24,393 bases of DNA, from the IMG/VR virus record IMGVR_UViG_2740892232_000011. One strand, given 5' to 3'. Of this stretch, positions 15,170 to 23,285 are shown one piece after another (position 1 is the first letter of the stretch; the number at the start of each line of letters is the position of its first letter). The notes beneath the pieces were generated by a model. It searched no databases, was not told where the DNA came from, and worked only from the letters and a program-made list of their open reading frames with translations. The translations under genes were made by a program, and so were the position numbers. The stretch is from a virus (Duplodnaviria; Heunggongvirae; Uroviricota; Caudoviricetes).

Positions 15170-15856
15170 TCACTCCTTCTCTTCTTTATCGTAGTGGAGT
15201 TGACCAATTTTGATAAGAGGGCGTCCCTGAGATTTGCGGTGTAGATTGGTATCGCGCAGAGAATACACACAGCCACAATATTCCTGCTGATAGAATTTTT
15301 CGCGCTTGCTGATTTCAATCATGCGGGACGAGCCGCCCTGCTTGCGCCAGTTATAATCCCAGTACACCATGCCCGGATAATGCGCGACGGCTCGCCGCCC
15401 ACAGTCGTTAACCTGCTGCATATTTTTCCAGCGTGAAATGCCCAGTGAACTGCTGATCACACTGAAACCATTTTCAGCAGCGTACAGCGCTGTCCGCTCA
15501 AAACGCATGTCAAAACACATGGTACAACGGATCCCCCTCTCGGGCTCCCATTCCATTCCTTTGGCACGTTCAAACCAGTTGTCTGTGTCGTAATCAGCAT
15601 CAATAAATGGCACGCCGTGTTGTTCAGCAAAGCGAATATTCTCATCCTTACGAATTAAATACTCTTTCTGAGGATGAATGTTCGGGTTGTAGAAAAAGAT
15701 GGTATAGTCGATTCCCGAGGCCTGAAGCGCCTCCATCACTTCACCGGAACATGGAGCACAGCAAGAGTGCAGTAGTAGTTTGTTTGCCCCGTTTGGGAGC
15801 TCCAATTTAGGCCGTTTGAAATCAGCAATAGTCATAAATATTTTTATTGGGGTCAT
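15170..15856 (-). CDS. QueH-like protein (DUF208 epoxyqueuosine reductase family), tentative
   Basis: 228 aa with N-terminal [15 protein letters not shown] block, which I recall as the conserved Cys cluster of DUF208/QueH, plus further conserved Cys/His ([17 protein letters not shown]). No clear SD before the first ATG. Confidence 0.5.
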   Translation of the reverse strand: MTPIKIFMTIADFKRPKLELPNGANKLLLHSCCAPCSGEVMEALQASGIDYTIFFYNPNIHPQKEYLIRKDENIRFAEQHGVPFIDADYDTDNWFERAKGMEWEPERGIRCTMCFDMRFERTALYAAENGFSVISSSLGISRWKNMQQVNDCGRRAVAHYPGMVYWDYNWRKQGGSSRMIEISKREKFYQQEYCGCVYSLRDTNLHRKSQGRPLIKIGQLHYDKEEKE

Positions 15857-16037
15857 GAAAATAGCACAGAGTGTAGCATCAGAGCAGGGCTATCGGGAAT
15901 AGATGTCTAAATCTGGTAATATCTGCTTTTGACGCAAAGCAGACAACCACGCTAGCTCAATCCTGTGCCGTGAAAATGTCAATTCACATCTGAACTAATG
16001 CTCTTTAATCTAGTTACGTCTATAAATAACGAAAATT

Positions 16038-16436
16038 TCACTGATAAAATGCCAGTATGCGCTGCATAACTTCGCTCTTCCGGCACTCACAGCAAATTAT
16101 GTTTTGGTGCCTGTCATAACGACGTATTTCTCCGTCAGGTAATGACCAGATAAGGTCCGGATCAACCACAGATGTTTTCTTCGCCTTTGCCCTCGAGAGT
16201 TTTTTGCGGGCGTTTTGCCAGTCCTTACGAGCCTGTTCAGACGGGAATAACCCGTAGCCAGAGTTATATACATCACCACTGGCAACCAGCTCTCTGGCGA
16301 GAACGCTCATCAGATATCTTGTCGCACCTGTCTTGGCTTCCAGTTGCCGTAACGTCTCGCGCCCACTCCGGCGTACTAGCTCAACAACCTGCCCCTTGAT
16401 TTTTTCCCGCTCTTCTTGTGTAAAAACTTTTGCCAC
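16038..16436 (-). CDS. Hypothetical basic protein (132 aa)
   Basis: GTG start with AAGGGGGAC RBS; C-terminal CCECRK Cys cluster; helical, Arg/Lys-rich. Lies where the helicase loader (P) sits in lambda but is too small and shows no Walker motifs. Confidence 0.55.
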   Translation of the reverse strand: MAKVFTQEEREKIKGQVVELVRRSGRETLRQLEAKTGATRYLMSVLARELVASGDVYNSGYGLFPSEQARKDWQNARKKLSRAKAKKTSVVDPDLIWSLPDGEIRRYDRHQNIICCECRKSEVMQRILAFYQ

Positions 16437-16476
16437 AAGTCCCCCTTAAAATTACCTCATGACCTGAAATCAAAAC

Positions 16477-17442
16477 TTATCCTCTGAAACCAGGCGGAAT
16501 TTCTGTATCCGGTTCAGAAATATGATTAACACAACGCTGTACAGGTGAACGCCCCAGGCGGATGACCAGTTCGTCCCATTTTTCGCGGAGCTTTGACGGG
16601 CTCATGATGTTTTTTACCCAGAATGGATCCCGCTGTACCCGACCAAACATTTCACAAATTTGTCTGTGGCTTCTGCCATCCAGCATCCGCATTGTGCGCA
16701 CATCATTGGCCCAGACAGTCCAGTTAGGCTCTTTTGGTCGCATGATCTCGCCATCATCACTTGCGGCCTGTTCGTAGAGACCCACGATCCGCCCCCATAT
16801 CCACTGCGCACACGCCAGATCCTCCTGGCTACCCCACTGGCGTTTTTTCGCACTAAACACAACTGCGCCAGGGTGCCGGATTAAAAAATCCTGTTCAGCC
16901 GTCTGCGGGTCCGGTTGCGAAGCTTCCGGACGAAAAGTGTTTTTATTCTCTGTAGTAATCTCTGTTGTATTCTCTGTAGGATCATCGGGCCATTTTGACC
17001 CGATGACATTGGGTCGTTTTGAACCAATGGAGCGTTTCATTTTGACCTCTTCCATCGTGTCATTTTGACCTGATGGAGCGGCGCATTTTGAACCGATGGA
17101 TTCGCTCAATTTGCCATCATCTAAAAGCTCGCTCCCATAGTTAATCGTGTAGAAATTGGTCATATCGCGCTTTGATTTATTGAGCTTTTCACAACGCAAA
17201 AGCCCCAGCGTTTTCAGACTTGCAAACGCGCGCTTTAACGTTGACTCTGACCAGAATGGGAACTGTTCCAGCCATTGTTCCGTTGTGTTGTAAATCCAGC
17301 GAACACCATCACATTCCATGCCGGAATTGGTATCTCTCAACCAGTAATGCAACTGCTGCAACACAATGGCTTCATTTAAGCCAATCTTCATCGCAAGCTG
17401 TGTGTTTATAACCAGTGGGCGTTCAGCAAAAAGAAGGCTCAT
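16477..17442 (-). CDS. Replication initiator (lambda O-like: N-terminal winged-helix DNA-binding domain, iteron-encoding linker, C-terminal domain)
   Basis: Preferred start is ATG at 17440-17442 (track ORF starts at a TTG at 17496). Internal direct repeats in the DNA translate to an SIGSK-repeat linker. Position after the cro/cII-equivalent genes. Confidence 0.65.
   Translation of the reverse strand: MSLLFAERPLVINTQLAMKIGLNEAIVLQQLHYWLRDTNSGMECDGVRWIYNTTEQWLEQFPFWSESTLKRAFASLKTLGLLRCEKLNKSKRDMTNFYTINYGSELLDDGKLSESIGSKCAAPSGQNDTMEEVKMKRSIGSKRPNVIGSKWPDDPTENTTEITTENKNTFRPEASQPDPQTAEQDFLIRHPGAVVFSAKKRQWGSQEDLACAQWIWGRIVGLYEQAASDDGEIMRPKEPNWTVWANDVRTMRMLDGRSHRQICEMFGRVQRDPFWVKNIMSPSKLREKWDELVIRLGRSPVQRCVNHISEPDTEIPPGFRG
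16988..17110. repeat. Iteron array (about 5 direct repeats, ~23-bp period) inside the O-like gene: candidate replication origin
   Basis: Repeats of CATTTTGA(A/C)C-N-GATGGAGCG starting near 16991, 17015, 17038, 17061, 17084, with a weaker copy near 17106. Confidence 0.65.
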
Positions 17443-17944
17443 AATTCCATCCAGCTTTTTGTTGGTATTGCTGTCGATACGCAAGTTTGAAAGCAATTGC
17501 TTTTTCTATAAGTTCGTCAGTTTCACGATCCACTACGGCAGGATCAGCAAAAAGCAGTCCGGACTCCACCACATCGCCATATTCTTTGTTTAACCCGGCG
17601 ATCATGTACGTGATGCTTTTTCCGTCACTAATTTCACGATACAACCTGAAATCATTAATCCGGATAGCCTCCATAATTGCAGGCACTAGCGCCGTGAACT
17701 TTTCACGCTTATCCCTGGTGTCGATAGCCTTCCAGCGTTCGAATATCTTCACTCGATTAACGCCAAGCGCTCGCTGATCAACCGCGCCACCTTCATCTAT
17801 GACACGCTGAACATCGATGTTCGGGCGTTCTTTCAGAGTCCAGAATGCTTCCGTGATTAATATCGTCGCCTGCTCCTGTGTCATTCCTGGTCGGCATACC
17901 CAGGCATCCAGAGCCTCACAAACCTGTTCAGGGGTGATTTTCAT
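17423..17944 (-). CDS. YdaT-like protein (proposed CII-equivalent regulator in Rac/CP-933P-type immunity regions)
   Basis: 173 aa, immediately downstream of the Cro-like gene with 17-nt overlap. Assignment by synteny (racR/ydaS/ydaT-type layout) and size. Confidence 0.5.
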   Translation of the reverse strand: MKITPEQVCEALDAWVCRPGMTQEQATILITEAFWTLKERPNIDVQRVIDEGGAVDQRALGVNRVKIFERWKAIDTRDKREKFTALVPAIMEAIRINDFRLYREISDGKSITYMIAGLNKEYGDVVESGLLFADPAVVDRETDELIEKAIAFKLAYRQQYQQKAGWNYEPSFC

Positions 17945-18155
17945 TGTTCAACCGCCCCGCCCGCTTTGCCTTACGATATTCGTCATAAACTTTGGGGTCG
18001 TACTGAAGTTCCCCGCCGGATGCCTCTTGCAGGCGCATCGCGCGACCTTCAGGAACCAGTTCACCCCATGCAGCAACACTTGCCAGTTTCACTCCTGCGG
18101 CATTGGCAAGCTTTGTTTTGCTGCCAAAAAAAGTAATTGCGTCAACTTTAAGCAT
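17928..18155 (-). CDS. Cro-like HTH regulator (75 aa)
   Basis: ATG with GAGGGGG RBS; divergent from the repressor gene across an operator-containing intergenic region. FFGSKTKLANAAGVKLASVAAW resembles the Cro/YdaS-type HTH pattern. Confidence 0.65.
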   Translation of the reverse strand: MLKVDAITFFGSKTKLANAAGVKLASVAAWGELVPEGRAMRLQEASGGELQYDPKVYDEYRKAKRAGRLNNENHP

Positions 18156-18167
18156 CAAAGCCCCCTC

Positions 18168-18187
18168 TTGTTAGATATTTCTAACAG
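18168..18187. promoter_or_regulatory. Operator palindrome TTGTTAGA-N4-TCTAACAg between the cro-like and cI-like genes (OR-type)
   Basis: Same half-site as the perfect palindrome downstream of the repressor gene. Confidence 0.5.
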
Positions 18188-18235
18188 TAATGTGCGCGGG
18201 ATACCTAAGTCAAGAAAAATTAGAATTACCTAACT

Positions 18236-18643
18236 ATGGATACAAGAACCCTAGGCCAGCGAGTTCTGGCACGACGAAAAGAATTACGCCTAACACAACG
18301 AGAAGCCGCTCGCCTCGCTGGGGTAGCTCACGTCACAATTTCACAATGGGAAAGAGACGAAACCCAACCAGTCGGGAAGCGGTTGTTTGCTTTAGCTGAT
18401 GCGCTGAAGTGCTCGCCTACATGGCTAATGTTTGGTGACGAAGACAAGGCACCAGTGCCAGCACAAGAACTTCATGTGGAAACCGAGTTAACTCCCAGCC
18501 ACAAAGAATTGATCGAATTATTCGATGCTCTTCCATCCTCCGAGCAGGAAGCCTTGCTGTCTGAAATGCGCGCAAGAGTAGAGAATTTCAATAAACTCTT
18601 CGAAGAAATGCTTAAAGCACGTAAAAACAAATCAATAAAATAA
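18236..18643 (+). CDS. Prophage repressor, XRE-family HTH, without S24 peptidase domain
   Basis: 135 aa; HTH LRLTQREAARLAGVAHVTISQWERDE; no Ala-Gly/Ser-Lys autocleavage module. No SD before the ATG, consistent with a leaderless maintenance transcript. Confidence 0.8.
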   Translation: MDTRTLGQRVLARRKELRLTQREAARLAGVAHVTISQWERDETQPVGKRLFALADALKCSPTWLMFGDEDKAPVPAQELHVETELTPSHKELIELFDALPSSEQEALLSEMRARVENFNKLFEEMLKARKNKSIK

Positions 18644-18678
18644 CACTCCTTTCAGACACTTAGATTCCCTCACTCTTC

Positions 18679-18735
18679 TTGTTAGATCAATCTAACAAAA
18701 AACACTTGCCACATCTGTTAGGTCATTCTAAATTA
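18679..18735. promoter_or_regulatory. Operator palindromes downstream of the repressor gene (OL-type) and likely early-left promoter region
   Basis: Perfect TTGTTAGA-tcaa-TCTAACAA at 18679-18698 and a weaker cTGTTAGg-tcat-TCTAAatt at 18715-18734. Confidence 0.5.
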
Positions 18736-18811
18736 ATCTCCATCAAGACACCGCACGGTGTTCTCAGCAAACAGTTCCGCTACCCCGGCGTTAAGGGGAA
18801 ATGAGGTCAAT

Positions 18812-18967
18812 ATGGATACTATCGATCTTGGCAACAGCGAATCTCTGGTGTGCGGCGTGTTCCCCAACCAGGACGGCACGTTCACCGCGATGACGTATAC
18901 CAAAAGCAAAACGTTTAAAACCGAAAATGGTGCCCGTCGCTGGCTGGAAAGAAACTCAGGTGAGTAA
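18812..18967 (+). CDS. Small early-left protein (51 aa)
   Basis: ATG with GAGGT RBS; MDTIDLGNSESLVCGVFPNQDGTFTAMTYTKSKTFKTENGARRWLERNSGE; stop adjoins next ATG (TAAtATG). Confidence 0.5.
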   Translation: MDTIDLGNSESLVCGVFPNQDGTFTAMTYTKSKTFKTENGARRWLERNSGE

Positions 18968-18968
18968 T

Positions 18969-19544
18969 ATGGATTTCGACACAATCATGGAAAAGGCTTA
19001 CGAAGAATACTTCGAAGGCCTTGCCGAAGGCGAAGAAGCTCTCAGCTTCAGTGAGTTTAAACAGGCACTCAGAATAAGAATGTGCTCTCACAATGACGCG
19101 GAGCACAAATATGAGAAGCAAAATCAGACCGCAGAAAATTTTGTTCTGGAACCCGGAGAAACGCTTTTCAAAATTCCCGTTACGTGCCCCATTTGCGGTT
19201 TTACATCAGAAGAACTTGACGACTCCTGTAACAATCAGGAAACAACCAAGTATGTCGAAGATGATACCGAGTGCGCACGAAGAACGATTATATCCACGAG
19301 TCCAAACTCCAGGACCAATAAATCTCACTTTGAGAGGGTGATTAATCCACTCCCCCAAACCAATAAAAAAGATGCCGGAGGACAAAAAACCCAATGGAAC
19401 AACGGGATATCTGTCAAAAAAAGACGTTCCATTAAAGACAAACAACGCAGCGCCAACAACTGTAAGCGCTTTATACCAGTAATCAATTTTCATGTTCTTA
19501 AGCGGATTTATTGGTGGTTGCGACATTGCTTAATGAATCCTTAA
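18969..19544 (+). CDS. Early-left ORF (191 aa); N-terminal ~100 aa protein-like with CxxC, C-terminal half probably an antisense artefact
   Basis: AGGTGA RBS; acidic N-terminal region with VTCPICGF. From about residue 110 the sequence is low-complexity K/N/Q/R-rich, as expected for the antisense frame of the minus-strand membrane ORF it overlaps. Confidence 0.4.
   Translation: MDFDTIMEKAYEEYFEGLAEGEEALSFSEFKQALRIRMCSHNDAEHKYEKQNQTAENFVLEPGETLFKIPVTCPICGFTSEELDDSCNNQETTKYVEDDTECARRTIISTSPNSRTNKSHFERVINPLPQTNKKDAGGQKTQWNNGISVKKRRSIKDKQRSANNCKRFIPVINFHVLKRIYWWLRHCLMNP
19206..19526 (-). CDS. Small membrane protein (106 aa, about 3 TM), antisense to the early-left operon; possible superinfection-exclusion-type gene
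   Basis: Hydrophobic segments ALTVVGAALFVF, VVPLGFLSSGIFFIGLG, ALGIIFDILGCFLIVTGVV. Opposite orientation to neighbours, as recalled for sieB in Rac. Shorter than known SieB proteins. Confidence 0.4.
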   Translation of the reverse strand: MSQPPINPLKNMKIDYWYKALTVVGAALFVFNGTSFFDRYPVVPLGFLSSGIFFIGLGEWINHPLKVRFIGPGVWTRGYNRSSCALGIIFDILGCFLIVTGVVKFF

Positions 19545-19819
19545 AACTGTGGTGATTTTAAGGATACCACCTCGCCTGACGTGGTTAAAAGCAGGCACAC
19601 AACACGAAAGCGCACGGCGAAGTTCGTCTCACTGTACGGTGTCGTTAAATTTAATTCGACCGTGCGCTTCCGGTTGTGGCAACCCGCAAAATGGCGCGGC
19701 GGTAAGTATGGCGGGGTTATTCCTTCCCTGTTGAGGACACCGAGTTGTCAGGTTGACCATACGCTTAAGTGACAACCCCGCTGCAACGCCCTCTGTTATC
19801 AATTTTCTGGTAACGTTTG

Positions 19820-19862
19820 GCGGTATCAGTTTTACTCCGTGACTGCTCTGCCGCCGTTTTTA
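19820..19862 (+). terminator. Candidate intrinsic terminator in the early-left operon
   Basis: GGCGG...CAGT-tttactccgtg-ACTG...CCGCC followed by GTTTTT; compound hairpin. Confidence 0.35.
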
Positions 19863-20030
19863 AAGTGAATTTTGTGATGCGGTGAATGCGGCTAAGCGCA
19901 CGCGGAACAGTTAAAACCAAAAACAGTGTTATGGGTGGATTCTCTGTATCCGACGTTAATTGTTAACTGGTTAACGTCACCTGGAGGCACCAGGCACTGC
20001 ATCACAAAATTCATTGTTGAGGACGCGATA

Positions 20031-20219
20031 ATGAAAACGTTATTACCAAACGTTAATACGTCTGAAGGTTGTTTTGAAATTGGTGTCACTATCAGTAACC
20101 CTGTATTTACTGAAGATGCCATTAACAAGAGAAAACAAGAACGGGAGCTATTAAATAAAATATGCATTGTTTCAATGCTGGCTCGTTTACGTCTGATGCC
20201 AAAAGGATGTGCACAATGA
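20031..20219 (+). CDS. Small early-left protein (62 aa)
   Basis: ATG with GAGGA RBS; MKTLLPNVNTSEGCFEIGVTISNPVFTEDAINKRKQERELLNKICIVSMLARLRLMPKGCAQ; stop overlaps next start (ATGA). Confidence 0.45.
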   Translation: MKTLLPNVNTSEGCFEIGVTISNPVFTEDAINKRKQERELLNKICIVSMLARLRLMPKGCAQ

Positions 20220-20407
20220 ATTCAGCATTTGCGCTTGTTCTGACAGTTTTTCTTGTTTCCGGAGTGCCAGTTGATATTGCAGTCAGTGTTCACAGGACAA
20301 TGCAGGAGTGTATGACTGCAGCAACCGAACAGAAAACTCCCGGTAACTGTTACCCGGTCGATAAAGTTATTCACCAGGATAATATCGAAATCCCGGCAGG
20401 TCTTTAA
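20216..20407 (+). CDS. Small exported or membrane protein (63 aa) with N-terminal signal/TM segment
   Basis: AGGA RBS; MNSAFALVLTVFLVSGVPVDIAVSV... then Cys-containing hydrophilic tail. Confidence 0.45.
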   Translation: MNSAFALVLTVFLVSGVPVDIAVSVHRTMQECMTAATEQKTPGNCYPVDKVIHQDNIEIPAGL

Positions 20408-20500
20408 AACAGTTCCGTAATAAATATCCGGTTTCATTCTTATATGCCAGCAATGGCAGGGATTTGTTCATCCTTAAATCTGTCATGAGGTTAAAACAAA

Positions 20501-22972
20501 ATGAGTAAAGTCTTTATTTGCGCCGCTATTCCTGACGAACTGGCAACAAGGGAAGAAGGCGCTGTGGCTGTAGCCACAGCCATTGAAGCTGGCGACGAAC
20601 GCCGTGCTCGAGCAAAATTTCACTGGCAATTCCTGGAACATTATCCGGCTGCTCAGGACTGCGCTTATAAATTTATTGTCTGCGAGGATAAACCTGGCAT
20701 ACCCCGCCCTGCCCTCGATTCATGGGATGCTGAATATATGCAGGAAAACCGCTGGGATGAGGAGTCTGCTTCTTTTGTCCCGGTTGAGACTGAATCCGAT
20801 CCGATGAACGTCACTTTTGACAAGCTGGCCCCTGAAGTACAGAACGCTGTCATGGTTAAGTTCGACACATGTGAAAACATCACCGTTGATATGGTTATTA
20901 GCGCACAGGAATTGTTGCAGGAAGACATGGCAACATTCGACGGACATATCGTTGAAGCGTTGATGAAAATGCCAGAAGTTAACGCCATGTATCCGGAGCT
21001 TAAGCTGCATGCCATCGGGTGGGTTAAGCATAAATGTAAGCCTGGTGCCAAATGGCCCGAAATTCAGGCAGAGATGCGCATCTGGAAAAAACGTCGCGAA
21101 GGTGAACGCAAGGAAACCGGAAAATACACGTCTGTTGTTGATCTCGCCCGCGCCAGAGCCAATCAACAGCACACTGAAAATTCAACAGGAAAAATCAGCC
21201 CGGTCATTGCTGCCATTCATCGCGAATACAAGCAGACATGGAAAACACTGGATGACGAACTGGCCTACGCTCTCTGGCCTGGTGATGTGGATGCCGGAAA
21301 CATTGACGGCAGCATCCATCGCTGGGCAAAAAATGAAGTTATCGACAACGACCGCGAAGACTGGAAGCGTATCTCGGCATCAATGCGCAAACAGCCTGAT
21401 GCCCTTCGCTACGACCGCCAGACTATTTTTGGCCTTGTCCGTGAACGTCCGATCGACATTCACAAAGACCCTGTGGCACTGAACAAATACATTACTGAAT
21501 ACCTGACTACAAAGGGCGTGTTTGAAGATGAAGGAACAAATCAGAGCGCAACTGATACTCTCTCGTCGCCAGTACCAGAAACTGATGCAGTGGAAACGGC
21601 AATTCCGGACAACGAAAAAACCGAATGCAAAGTGGAAGTCGAACCATCTGTAGAGCGTGAGGGGCCGTTCTACTTCCTCTTCACCGACAAGGATGGCGAA
21701 AAATACGGTCGCGCAAACAAACTTTCTGGTCTGGATAAGGCGCTGGCTGCCGGGGCTACTGAAATCACGAAAGAAGAATATTTCGCCCGCAAAAACAGTA
21801 CATACTCAGGTTCACAACAAAATACTGGTGCATCTGACACGACCGCACAACCAGAGCCGGTAAAAGTTACCGCTGACGAAGTAAACAAAATTATGCAGGC
21901 AGCCAATATCAGCCAGCCTGACGCCGATAAGTTGCTTGCTGCCTCTCGCGGAGAATTTGTTGCAGGGATTAGCGCCCCGAATGATCCGAAATGGGTTAAG
22001 GGGATCCAGACCCGCGATTCTGTAAACCAGAACCAGCATGAATCGGAACAGAACGACCAGAAAGCGGAACAAAACAGCCCAAATACGCAACAAAACGAAC
22101 CAGAAACGAAACAGCCTGAACCAGTGGCGCAACAGGAAGTGGAAAAAGTCTGCACCGCCTGCGGTCAGACCGGCGGCGGCAATTGCCCTGATTGTGGCGC
22201 GGTGATGGGCGACGCAACATACCAGGAAACATTCGATGAAGAGTATCAGGTTGAAGTTCAGGAAGATGATCCGGAGGAAATGGAAGGCGCTGAACATCCA
22301 CACAAGGAGAACACTGGCGGCAATCAGCATCACGATAGCGATAATGAAACTGGCGAGACGGCAGATCACTCAATTAAGGTGAACGGTCATCAAGAAGTCA
22401 CATCCACCAGCAGGACGTGTGACCATCTAATGATCGACCTTGAAACCATGGGAAAAAATCCTGATGCCCCGATCATCTCAATAGGTGCAATATTTTTCGA
22501 TCCGCAAACCGGAGATATGGGACCGGAATTTAGTAAGACTATCGATCTGGAAACTGCTGGCGGAGTCATTGATCGGGACACCATTAAATGGTGGCTTAAG
22601 CAATCACGCGAAGCGCAATCTGCCATTATGACCGATGAAATCCCGTTAGATGATGCACTGTTACAATTGCGGGAATTTATCGACGAAAACTCCGGTGAAT
22701 TTTTTGTTCAGGTTTGGGGAAATGGAGCCAACTTCGACAACACGATTTTGCGCCGTTCATACGAACGGCAGGGGATCCCCTGCCCGTGGCGTTACTACAA
22801 CGATCGCGATGTACGCACAATCGTTGAGCTGGGGAAAGCCATAGACTTCGATGCCAGAACGGCTATTCCATTCGAAGGTGAGCGCCATAATGCACTTGAT
22901 GACGCCCGTTACCAGGCAAAATACGTTTCAGTTATCTGGCAAAAACTGATCCCGAATCAGGCTGATTTTTAA
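20501..22972 (+). CDS. Large early-left protein (823 aa): unknown N-terminal domain, acidic/Gln-rich linker, zinc ribbon, C-terminal DnaQ-like DEDDh 3'-5' exonuclease domain
   Basis: GAGGT RBS. Exo I MIDLETMG, Exo II GNGANFDNTIL, Exo III HNALDDARYQAKY. Zinc ribbon CTACGQTGGGNCPDCG. Occupies the exo/recE slot of lambdoid early-left operons but no RecT/Bet-like annealase follows. Confidence 0.8.
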   Translation: MSKVFICAAIPDELATREEGAVAVATAIEAGDERRARAKFHWQFLEHYPAAQDCAYKFIVCEDKPGIPRPALDSWDAEYMQENRWDEESASFVPVETESDPMNVTFDKLAPEVQNAVMVKFDTCENITVDMVISAQELLQEDMATFDGHIVEALMKMPEVNAMYPELKLHAIGWVKHKCKPGAKWPEIQAEMRIWKKRREGERKETGKYTSVVDLARARANQQHTENSTGKISPVIAAIHREYKQTWKTLDDELAYALWPGDVDAGNIDGSIHRWAKNEVIDNDREDWKRISASMRKQPDALRYDRQTIFGLVRERPIDIHKDPVALNKYITEYLTTKGVFEDEGTNQSATDTLSSPVPETDAVETAIPDNEKTECKVEVEPSVEREGPFYFLFTDKDGEKYGRANKLSGLDKALAAGATEITKEEYFARKNSTYSGSQQNTGASDTTAQPEPVKVTADEVNKIMQAANISQPDADKLLAASRGEFVAGISAPNDPKWVKGIQTRDSVNQNQHESEQNDQKAEQNSPNTQQNEPETKQPEPVAQQEVEKVCTACGQTGGGNCPDCGAVMGDATYQETFDEEYQVEVQEDDPEEMEGAEHPHKENTGGNQHHDSDNETGETADHSIKVNGHQEVTSTSRTCDHLMIDLETMGKNPDAPIISIGAIFFDPQTGDMGPEFSKTIDLETAGGVIDRDTIKWWLKQSREAQSAIMTDEIPLDDALLQLREFIDENSGEFFVQVWGNGANFDNTILRRSYERQGIPCPWRYYNDRDVRTIVELGKAIDFDARTAIPFEGERHNALDDARYQAKYVSVIWQKLIPNQADF

Positions 22973-23036
22973 TGTTCAACCCCGGTCGTTGCCCACCAGC
23001 TATAGTGGCGGCGACCATGATTAGCGAACGACGCTC

Positions 23037-23285
23037 ATGGCAAGACTTATTCTGCTCACTGAGTGGGCAAAAGAGGAATTCAGTGAACCGGTCCCTACTC
23101 CGAGTACGTTAAGTAAATACGCTAAAGCCGGAATGATATTTCCTCTCCCCAAAAAAGTTGGAAAACGCTGGCGAGTGGATCCGCAAGCTCGCTTTGTCGG
23201 AATGGTAAACAAGCCGGAGGTGATCGCCACAGATCACCCTGCTTTGAAGAGGATACTGGAAGATGGCGCGCCCGCGAAAATATAA
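23037..23285 (+). CDS. xis: Excisionase-like DNA-binding protein (Xis)
   Basis: 82 aa directly upstream of and overlapping int by 23 nt, as in lambda xis/int. Basic, HTH-like. Confidence 0.7.
   Translation: MARLILLTEWAKEEFSEPVPTPSTLSKYAKAGMIFPLPKKVGKRWRVDPQARFVGMVNKPEVIATDHPALKRILEDGAPAKI

Noticed and set aside
16562-16884. ORFs 16562-16777 (+), 16614-16862 (-), 16660-16884 (+) and 17220-17777 ORFs
   Set aside because: Nested in or antisense to the O-like and YdaT-like genes.
16988-17110. Possible CRISPR array
   Set aside because: Repeats are ~23-bp period direct repeats without unique spacers of CRISPR length, lie inside a coding region and fit iterons. No CRISPR array or cas genes are present anywhere in the window.
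20583-22844. Seven ORFs on both strands inside the 823-aa gene, including 21670-22373 minus-strand ORFs
   Set aside because: All nested in a gene with clear exonuclease motifs; the minus-strand frames are Cys/Phe/Leu-rich antisense translations of the acidic linker.
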